Shown: positions 46,415 through 64,000 of the stretch, piece by piece
Numbering within the stretch: the stretch's first letter is position 1
Layout: each line of letters opens with the position of its first letter
Assembly (NCBI GenBank): GCA_002269645.1
Contig: NIVC01002742.1
Location: 63,517 to 127,516 of the forward strand
Direction: 5' to 3'
DNA: 64,000 nt
From: Macrostomum lignano
Lineage: Eukaryota
Made by a program: the position numbers and the translations under genes
Notes under the pieces: model-generated
The model's database searches: none
What the model was told of the DNA's origin: nothing
The model's input: the letters and a program-made list of their open reading frames with translations, nothing else

Positions 46415-47010
46415 TAGAATGGGGTGGTTGGCTATTATAGCAGTTTCAGCCAATAGGAGTAAATGGAGTGAGGTGGGTGGCTATTATAATAGCTTCAGCC
46501 AATAGGAGTGAATAGAATGGGGTGGTTGGCTATTATAAGCAGTTTCAGCCAATAGGAGTAAATGGAGTGAGGTGGGTGGCTATTATAATAGCTTCAGCCA
46601 ATAGGAGTGAATAGAATGGGGTGGTTGGCTATTATAAGCAGTTTCAGCCAATAGGAGTAAATGGAGTAAGGTGGGTGGCTCTTATAAAATTTCAGCCAAT
46701 ATGAGTTAGTGGAGCGAGGTGGTTGGCTATTATAACAGTTCAGCCAATAGGAGTGAATGGAGTGAGGTGGTTGGCTATTATAACAGTTCAGCCAATAGGA
46801 GTGAGTGGAGTGAGGTGGTTGGCTATTATAGCAGTTTTAGTCAATAGGGAGTAAGTGGAGCGAGGTGGTTGGCTACTATAACAGTTTCAGTCGATAGGAG
46901 TGAGTGGAGTGAGGTGGTTGGCTATTTATAACAGTTTCAGCCAATAGGAGTGAGTGGAGTGAGGTGGTTGGCTATTTATAACAGTTCAGCCAATAAGAGT
47001 GAGTGGAGTG
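46415..47010. repeat. ~49-bp CCAAT-containing minisatellite 3' of NUDT21
   Basis: TTCAGCCAATAGGAGTGAGTGGAGTGAGGTGGTTGGCTATTATAACAG units. Confidence 0.9.
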
Positions 47011-48095
47011 AGGGTTGTGGTCTCTTTGATAAGTTATTTTTTAAATTAAATGATACCCTCTCCGTAATCCTGTCTAAGAAGTAGTCATCTTCCTATTTTC
47101 TAATAATAAGGAATAAAAACGCTGTAAAACCTACTCTAAGTACTAATGTTTACGAGTTTTGTACATGCATTGAGTTTTAATAGGTCAATCTCTTAAGGAC
47201 TAGCATTACTAGCATCAAGCATTTGATTAGGCTAAGTAAGTTTCTAATTATTTAGAATTTATTCCAACGTGTTACTCTGTTCATCTATTGCCTGTTGTTA
47301 ACAATGCTTTTTATGTATTTATGCTGAGTAATAATTAGTGCATATTGATTATTACATATACTCTGAGTTTTCCCATTTCGAGCTGCGTTTTTTGGCCCAA
47401 TCCTGGTGAAATTTCAGCATCTGAATTAATAAACCTAAACTGCTTGCTTGTGTCCGTGTGTCACATGCTGTCCCCTTTGTATAAATAAAACCATAGTAAT
47501 TTGTAGTTTGTATTTGTTTATTATTTTGCTCATTATTCAGAATATTTAACTGCATTGAGGCCTAACCATGCTGTATGACTACCGACTTATGTGTGTGGTA
47601 AAGTATCTATATCTATAGGTCTCTTATCGATACCCCGTTGAAAACGTTGTATACCGTGATAAGAATCGCTAAAGTCGTCGAAAACAACTCTAGTGATTCT
47701 GAGCCGATTTTTTGGCTGTTTAACGACTCAAACGACTGTAATGCTACGCAGAGGCGACTGTTGAGAGTCACGAGCGCATAAGAGTCTCAAAAATTTCGTT
47801 CAAGAGTTGTTGTATTGGCGCTATCTTTCTAATAACTCAAGTAGACTTTGAGTTGTTAGAGATGACGCAGATGCGCTTTCGACGGTGCATTCTACGCTCG
47901 TACAGTCGACGCTAGCACGCCTCAGATGCGACTACTACGGCCCATTTAGAGTCATTTAATAAATGCCCCAGAATCTTAGACAATAAAAACGCCTCCAATT
48001 GACTCTTAGGCGTCGTCTGGAGTCACAATTCTTTCCTATTTTACCTTTGCTACCTGCAACTACCCTGAAATGACTCTAGGTCAATGACTCTGGCT

Positions 48096-48400
48096 AGTAT
48101 AGCAGTTTCAGCCAATAGGATCAGTGAATGGAGTGAGGTGGGTGGCTATTATAATAGCTCCAGCCAATAGGAATGAATGGAGTGAGGTGGGTGGCTATTA
48201 TAATAGCTTCAGCCAATAGGAATGAATGGAGTGAGGTGGGTGGCTGTTATAATAGCTTCAGCCAATAGGAATGAATGGAGTGAGGTGGGTGGCTGTTATA
48301 ATAGCTCTAGCCAATAGGAATGAATGGAGTGAGGTGGATGGCTATTATAATAGCTTCAGTCAATAGGAATAAATGGAGTGAGGTGGCTGGCTATTAGCAA
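48096..48400. repeat. Second array of the ~49-bp CCAAT-containing minisatellite
   Basis: Same unit as 46415-47010. Confidence 0.9.
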
Positions 48401-48477
48401 ACGCATCTTCAAGAACTGTATAGCAATAACATATACATGTATAATAATTTTAGTAGGGCTGCGGGCGCGCGAAGACA

Positions 48478-48600
48478 ATTCTGCCAATTCCGCTTGATTC
48501 TTGAGCACATACAATTAAAGAGCCAATACTGTACGCAGGCATTTAAGATGTACAGCGGCCCTGACTTTCTCATCGTCTGGTATGTACTCTCTCTACTCTC
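48478..48600 (-). mobile_element. Degenerate SINE family B fragment
   Basis: ATACTGTACGCAGG...TGTACAGCGGCCCTGACTTT resembles the reverse complement of the family B body. Confidence 0.55.
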
Positions 48601-49384
48601 TCAGTCGCGAGGCCAACCTTGTTAGTTCTTAGAAACTTTTCGCTTCTGGGCTACGCGAAAACACTACCCGTAGTTGCAAAAGTGGCAAAAATACGAGCAT
48701 AGACTATCAGTTGCTTATTCATTATACGAGTAGCATTCAACAGTCGTGGAGAAGACAACTATAAATGTCTTCGAGGGTAGACGAAGCATTCCTTCTGCAG
48801 TTGACTTCTTCAATATTCATGAATGCGTGCGACGCAAGGACTACTAAAGTAGATCGATATACATGTATGTTACTCTAGTCGTCCTTGGCGTAAGGAAGCC
48901 TTCATATATAATGGCTACTGAGTGAGACTCCTACAAGTCCTTAGCAACAGAAACTGAATGACAAGAACTCAAAACTGGCATCTCAAGCGCTGCAAACAGA
49001 TCCAAAAAGGTACTAAAATACTGTGAATCTAAATGGTGCTACCAACTCATAATCTGCCTTGAAGTTATGAGATCTGGCAGCCTATATAGTGTGGCTATTC
49101 AGATCCAGTTCAACTGCCAGACACCGGAAATCTTCAACCTTCCATTCGATCTGCCGCAGTCTGATTCCTGGAAAAGCTACCAACTGCAAGGTGTTCTACC
49201 GATTTTTGATCGGGAAAACAGCAGCAACGAGCCCCGAGGGCTAGATAAACATTGTATCACCGTTAATGAGGTGTCTTTGACGTCTTATTGGAAGTACCTT
49301 GCACACTTATAGTGATGCTGTACCGCCTTAGTTACGGTAATAAAAAAATATGCATTTTTGGTGATTAATAATCTGTCATTTTAG

Positions 49385-49710
49385 CACGTACCAGCCTGTA
49401 AGACTCAGTCATAGTGCGTGAAAACCTGTGAGACTCAGTCGCAGTGCGTGAAAACCTGTGAGACTCAGTCACAATGCGTGAAAACCTGTGAGACTCAGTC
49501 ACAGTGCGTGAAAACCTGTGAGACTCAGTCACAGTGCGTGAAAACCTGTGAGACTCAGTCGCAGTGCGTGAAAACCTGTGAGACTCAGTCACAATGCGTG
49601 AAAACCTGTGAGACTCAGTCACAGTGCGTGAAAACCTGTGAGACTCAGTCACAGTGCGTGAAAACCTGTGAGACTCAGTCGCAGTGCGTGAAAACCTGTG
49701 AAGCTCAGTC
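49385..49710. repeat. 30-bp minisatellite, ~11 copies
   Basis: GTGCGTGAAAACCTGTGAGACTCAGTCACA. Confidence 0.95.
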
Positions 49711-50422
49711 TGCAGTGCAGAGCAAATTTAACTTTGGTGCAGCAAAACTTATTGATTAAGGAGCCACGTTATTCAACGACAGGTATTACGTATTTTAAGT
49801 GAACTGCGTGATTAGCAGACATAAAAATTAAACAAATGATGGAATAACAAAACTATACAATAAATAAAACTTGTTGTGCTGTTATTTTAAGTGTACACTA
49901 TACATTTTGCCCAATGTACTCAATCAACAAGCTGCCTATTTTGGAGGGTTGGCATTGGGTGTGTGTCTGTGTGTGTGTGTGTGTGTGGTTGGCACAGGCT
50001 GTGAGCAACAAGAATAGTTTCGCACTTGGCTTTATGCATTGAGCCTCTCAGTGCAGTGCAGCTTTTGCGCACTTGGGTAGAGCCGGGTGGGGTGGGTCGA
50101 GAGAGGGAAGGGTTGGGGTGGGGGTTTGGTGGGCCCTTTCTTATCGTCATTCATTTCTAACCCTGCCCCCCCCCCAAACCCGAGCAAGCGAGAAGAGCAC
50201 AAGAAGAGCTAGTAGGAAAGCCAGCAAGAGAGGCAGATAGGGGCTACAGTAACAACTCCGCAACTCCAGTATAGCTACAGACTCGCTGAGGACAGGAAGT
50301 CACTTCGCCAGATCTGTCCGGGTTTTCTAGTGCAAAACCATAATTTCTTAATTATCAGCTATTGCTGTTAGCATAAAAGTGTCGGATTTCATCAACTGAT
50401 CAGACGCCAAACAAAGTACAGC

Positions 50423-58763
<8,341 letters not shown>

Positions 58764-60569
58764 CACCTCGGCACAGCTGACTGAAGTGGCTGAAGAAACG
58801 GGCGATGGAAAATTAAAAGAACATTTTAACTAAAACTTACAACAAAACTTTTAAAACTTTTCTTACAACAGTGGGACTTTGCTGATCCTCCTTCCTTTGA
58901 CAGGATGAAATTATCGGTTATTTTGGTGCATAATTAACATAATTTGTTTATTTCACTAACTTGCTTCAGACTGAACATGTAATAACCATTTTAACCAAAA
59001 TCAGTTTAACTGCTCACTATAAATGAATAGCCAAGCTCAGCTATAATTCCCGCGATTGACATGGAATTTTTAGCGCATCAAAACTCTTCTTTGCAATTCT
59101 TTGCACGCAGAGTGATTTTTTCGAATGTTGTAATTAATAACATTAAAACAAATTTAATCATCCATTAAGGTACAAACATACAATAAAAAACATGCATGCA
59201 ACAAATATTTCTTTAAACTTCTTTTGTTAGATAGTTATTTTTTTCTTTTTTGCCGCAGTTACATGTATGACGTCATTTTGTTCACATTCTATGACGTCAT
59301 CTGCGGACTAGTGGCGTCATACGCTCTGTCATCAAAACATTCAACATAGGCATAACATTCAATTCAAGACACGGCTACCATATTCAACCTGTACTTCGAT
59401 TACTATTTATGGCCAAAACAGATTATGGGGAGGCAATTGAATTTAAGACATCGAGCAGTGGAATTCAGACTTTAAACTCAGAATCATAAGACAAACACAC
59501 GTGTGTTCAATCAAATGTTTTCGCGGGTCAAGCGGTGGGGCAGGAAGCGTATGCAATGTGTGAGCAAACCAACTGCTGCACTCTTGGCAACCGAAATGAC
59601 ACCCACGCCTGACTCCCGCGATCCCGCGACTCTCTACAGTATCATGGAATGCCTGTAGATTGGTTTCATCTGGGGCCAATTTTACGAAGCACTAGTAAAA
59701 TACCTAGCCTAACCAGTGCTGATGGCTTGGCGTGTGTCCATATTGTGAGCAAGAGAGGCGGAGAAGTGGAGGCGGAGGCAGAGCTTCATTCTCATGTTCA
59801 TGTTCATCTTCATTCATTCATTCTCATTCATTCGTGTTCGCTTCACGCAATAGGATCTTTACTGCCGCACAAGCGATAAACTGCCATAGACAAAGTCGTT
59901 TTCGTCTCGTTTTCTGTTTCATCCCTCTCTGATATACTGTAGGTCTGTCCCAGCATATAGTACGAGCTCACATCAAAATATGCTTTCAGCCAATAGGAAG
60001 GAACGGGGGGAAGGGATGCTAAAAGTGCAGGTCGAGCGAGACAAAAATAACTGGCTTAAATTAGCACTCCATTTTATTCTTTCCTCCATGGTTGAGACCG
60101 GCTTCCGGTTTTTTAATTTCTCGGAGCCTGTCCTTCGGCTCCAAGAGCATCATCTGTGACGTCTCGTGTAATAGAGACCAACCTGGGAAAATCCTCTATT
60201 TAGGACAGATGAGTAGAGCTCGTGCATTGTATATCAAGGTCAACGCACTTTCACAACCCTCTACACGACCGCTTTATTCATTCGTTTTACTTTCGAAAAA
60301 AGCACTGTTTTACTACATGTACACTAAACATTCATATATTGCCAAATAAACTGATTCGTTAAAAGTCTCTCTCTGTGACAAGGTAGAACAAGATAGAACA
60401 GTTTAATGGATGTACATGTACATCCCTCATGTGTACATCGGATCATCGATTTTACCAGCCTAACACGAATCATACGTAGAAGGCAAATAATTCATTCCAT
60501 TATGCGCTAATTTTTACCTTACGAAATGACCAGAGGCTTGAAACTCGTTGCCAACTCAATACACCGTGA

Positions 60570-60910
60570 CCTCTACCCTCTCTCTCTCTCCTCTCTCTCT
60601 CCATGTCTCCTCCTCTCTATCTCTCATTCCTCTCTCTCCCCTCTCTACCTCTCCTCTTTCTACCTCTTCTATCTCTATCTCTCCTCTCTCTACCTCTCCC
60701 CTCTCTCTACCTCTCTTCTGTCTCTACCTCTCCCTCTCTCTACCTCTCTACCCCTCTCTCCCCCTCTCTCTCTACCTCTCCCTCTCTCTACCTCTCTCCC
60801 CCTCTCTCCCCCTCTCTCTCTCTACCTCTCCCTCTCTCTACCTCTCTCCCCCTCTCCCCCCCTCTCTCTCTCTACCTCTCTCTCCCTCTCTCTCACCTCT
60901 CCTCCGTCTC
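60570..60910. repeat. CT-rich low-complexity tract
   Basis: CTCTCTACCTCTCCC-like units. Confidence 0.9.
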
Positions 60911-60942
60911 TCAAAGTTTTCAAAAACTTGAACCATGAAGTA

Positions 60943-61496
60943 CAGGGTGGGCGGAAAGTAACTCCTTATTTTAAATTACTTATAAATTGTATATAATTTG
61001 TTACTGCTTTGTCATATTTTTATAATTAATTCTCACAAATGGTACAATTTTATTGATAGTTTTGTTTTTGATTTCAGATAAAACTGTAACATGGCTCAGC
61101 AGCTAACACTTCAGGAGCGAGCCCAGTTGGCGTCACGATATGAAGGGGTGGTCCACATGAATGGCCATCCAGGAGCCCGGATTTGACACCTTGCGACTTT
61201 TTTCTTTAGGGTTGGGTAAAGGAAGAAGTCTACCGCTCCAAACCAACGACACTCGAAGAACTGGAGGATCGAATAAGGGGAGTCATGTCCACCATCCAGC
61301 GGAGTTTCTGAGAAAGTCAGTGGATGCCATTCCTGAACGTTTGCAGCAGCTGGTGGAAAGATCTGGGGCACATATTGAATTTTAGAGATAACTTACCATT
61401 TATGCCTACCTTTTATGATTAATTTTTTTGAGAATAAATAAATATAATGTACATGTTTTATCAATTAAAATAGGGAGTTACTTTCCGCCCACCCTG
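60943..61496 (+). mobile_element. Internally deleted Tc1/mariner element, maT (DD37D)-like
   Basis: 30-bp TIRs CAGGGTGGGCGGAAAGTAACTCC(T/C)TATTTT, TA on both sides; keeps the transposase start MAQQLTLQERAQ and end TPCDFFL*GWVKEEVY...TLEELEDRI...GAHIEF. Confidence 0.9.
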
Positions 61497-61695
61497 TAGA
61501 TTCATAATCATCAACTTGGTTATCTATGTCTATTCCATCTAAGTTTTTTATTCTTCATCAATGCTGAAGCACTTGTACACAGGTTTAGAACATAGACTAT
61601 CGATGCGATTTTACTCAATTGAGTAAACTACGATCCCCATCTCTGAGAACCGAACAGCTATTGAAGGTTAAACGAGCACCAAACGTGAACCAAAG

Positions 61696-62941
61696 ATGTT
61701 TGTCTCAGACAAGACCGTTCAACGCTTTCTTCTCGTTGCCTTCAGCATCGTGTTTGTCTTGGGCTTCTTCCAGCTGGTCTTTGCGTCCATGTTCACTGCC
61801 GGCCAGATCTCGGCCAACAGGATTGAAGGCTTCAAAGGATTCGACAAGGGGAGCAATCTTGAAGCGAGCATAGTGACTTCGATGTTTGCCAGCTTGCTCG
61901 AACTTCTGACTGGCGTTGTTGGCTTTATTGCCGCTTTGAAGAAATGGCGACTCCTGCTCATGCTGGTGAGTCATTCAGCTTTGCTGGTTTGTTTTAATTT
62001 CTTCCGGGTTCTTCGGGTTTCAGGATGCTTTGAAGCTCAGGATTCAGGATTTCAGGATGGCTTAGACCTTGGCCTAAATTTGAAGGAGAATTATTTTTCA
62101 ATTCGTTCCACCTAACTTTGAGATACATAAAACGGACTGGCGCCCCTTGGTGCTGGCGCCCCTTGGTGCTGGCGCCCCTTGGTGCTGGCGCCCCTTGGTG
62201 CTGGCGCCGCTTGGTGCTGGCGCCCCTTGGTGCTGGCGCCCCTTGGTGCTGGCGCCCCTTGGTGCTGGCGCCCCTTGGTGCTGGCGCCCCTTGGTGCTGG
62301 CGCCCCTTGGTGCTGGCGCCCCTTGGTGCTGGCGCCCCTTGGTGCTGGCGCCCCTTGGTGCTGGCGCCCCTTGGTGCTGGCGCCCCTTGGTGCTGGCGCC
62401 CCTTGGTGCTGGCGCCCCTTAGTCTTCTCCTTTAGCCTCTACGCTCATTTCCACTCTTCTCCCCTGTCCCCTCACCCCTCTTCTCCCCTCTCCCCTCTCC
62501 CCTCTTCTCCCTTCTCCCCTCTCCCTTCTCCCCTCTTCTCTTTTCTTACCTTCTATCTTTTCTCTCATCCCATCTCTCACCTTTCTTCTTGTCTCTCATC
62601 TCTAATCCCTAATCTTCTTTTCCCTCTCCTTTCCACTCTCATCTGGCTCGCAGCCATGAGCTGGATTCTTTATCTGGCTTTTGTGATAAAAAGAAGTTTG
62701 CTGATTCCTGTTCCAGCAGAATCCAGCAATCTGCGATATGTATTCATTTTAGACCCTGGGCTTATTGGCCGGGATCATTGTCCTGAGCGTCGTCATCCTG
62801 GTGTCGACAGTCACCAGCAGCAAGTCAATGTCCAAATCCAATAGTAATGAAATCAAAGAGAAAATCATCAATCAATACGGCAGCACCAGAGATGAGGCTT
62901 CTATCAGGTTCTCTTTGTCTGCGGATCGATATCAAAAGCAG
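61696..62941 (+). CDS. Tetraspanin-like protein, first two exons; continues 3'
   Basis: Exons 61696-61965 and 62753-62941, GT-AG, phase 0. Three TM segments, GVVGFIAALKKWRLLL intracellular loop, start of the large extracellular loop ending ADRYQKQ. The CCG motif was not seen in the window. Confidence 0.8.
62140..62420. repeat. 16-bp minisatellite in tetraspanin intron 1
   Basis: TGGCGCCCCTTGGTGC units. Confidence 0.95.
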
Positions 62942-63015
62942 GTCGGATATGCTGTTTTGACATTATATACGCTAGTATGCTAGTAAATCTACATTTACAA
63001 GCAAATGGCTCTGTT

Positions 63016-63384
63016 AGGAGGGGGGGGGGGTCCGTAGCCCAGCGGTCTAGCGCAGGCTCTGGTGTGCCAGCGACCCAGGCTCGATTCCAAGTGCAGTCAC
63101 ATTAATTTGGGGCTGAATTGGAATCTCGGCTTGGCTCTGCTCGTGCAATTAACGGCCTTGAGAGCCACCCCCCCCCCAAGGCGCAGTGAAGTGTACATGC
63201 CTAACGATAATATAAAGTTAGGGCCGCCGTACACTCCTGTGTAAGTGTGTGCCTGCGTACGTATCCGCGCGCTTGTGTGTCTGCTCTGGGGAGTCGGCGG
63301 AATGGGCAGTAATGCCTCTCGCCGGTTGTGTGCCTATGTCGCTTAAAGTGCGCCAGGGTGCACACAACCCCCCTGCCTCTAATA
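63016..63384 (+). mobile_element. Full-length tRNA-headed SINE, family B, with a 17-bp TSD
   Basis: TSD AAGCAAATGGCTCTGTT (62999-63015, 63385-63401); A-box-like GTAGCCCAGCGGTCTAG; B-box-like GCTCGATTCC. Confidence 0.9.
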
Positions 63385-63529
63385 AAGCAAATGGCTCTGT
63401 TCAAATAAATAATAAACTATAGTAACTACTACTGAGTAGGCTAGACTCCAGTACACATGTATGATTTATTATAGAGAGTGTATACAGTTTAATAACTACA
63501 GTTGGCCTGCCAGCAACCCCCATAAACCA

Positions 63530-64000
63530 CACTCCTCAGCATCTCAGCGATCCCCGTGTAAGCCTCAGCATCTCAGCAATCCCCCATGTAAGCCTCAGCA
63601 TCTCAGCAATCCCCCATGTAAGCCTCAGCATCTCAGCAATCCCCCATGTAAGCCTCAGCATCTCAGCAATCCCCATGTAAGCCTCAGCATCTCAGCAATC
63701 CCCGATGTAAGCCTCAGCATCTCAGCAATCCCCCATGTAAGCCTCAGCATCTCAGCAATCCCCCATGTAAGCCTCAGCATCTCAGCAATCCCCCATGTAA
63801 GCCTCAGCATCTCAGCAATCCCCCATGTAAGCCTCAGCATCTCAGCATTCAGAAATCCTTCATGTAAGCCTCAGCATCTCAGCAATCCCCCCTGTAAGCC
63901 TCAGCATCCCAGAAATCCCCCATGTAAGCCTCAGCATCTCAGCAATCCCCCATGTAAGCCTCAGCATCTCAGCAATCCCCCATGTAAGCCTCAGCATCTC
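63530..64000. repeat. 30-bp minisatellite running off the window end
   Basis: CTCAGCATCTCAGCAATCCCCCATGTAAGC units. Confidence 0.95.

Noticed and set aside
49000-49312. ~100-codon open frame upstream of EGFR
   Set aside because: No recognisable homology or splice context.
59668-59700. Harbinger-like TIR start GGGGCCAATTTTACGAAGC
   Set aside because: No matching second end found in the window.

Overview
Eukaryotic genomic DNA with GC-rich exons, AT-rich intergenic DNA and introns packed with micro/minisatellites. The style resembles the flatworm Macrostomum, which is an inference, not a match. Six spliced genes were reconstructed by hand: a TRP-like channel (-, 10947-16757, several frameshifts), a TRIM-NHL protein (+, 23972-30558), RBM26/27 (-, 34676-40439), NUDT21/CFIm25 (+, 44581-46356, one 1-nt frameshift), an EGFR-family kinase (+, 50423-58763, one 1-nt frameshift) and a partial tetraspanin (+, from 61696). 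A probable terminal exon lies at 151-447. Mobile DNA includes a hAT-type MITE with a foldback element nested inside, a 47-bp TIR element with a 7-bp TSD, a TIR-bounded THAP remnant with an RTE fragment, a deleted maT/mariner, two tRNA-headed SINE families, and a decayed glycoprotein/env-like ORF split by a 450-bp insertion with no TSD. The most interesting signals are direct repeats spanning EGFR intron boundaries (a possible intron-gain signature), a diverged RBM26 exon/intron piece copied into the NUDT21 intron, the TSD-less insertion, a set of P-superfamily-like elements, and a dense AGGCCT cluster between the head-to-head RBM26 and NUDT21 genes. All coordinates were read by eye; no searches were run.
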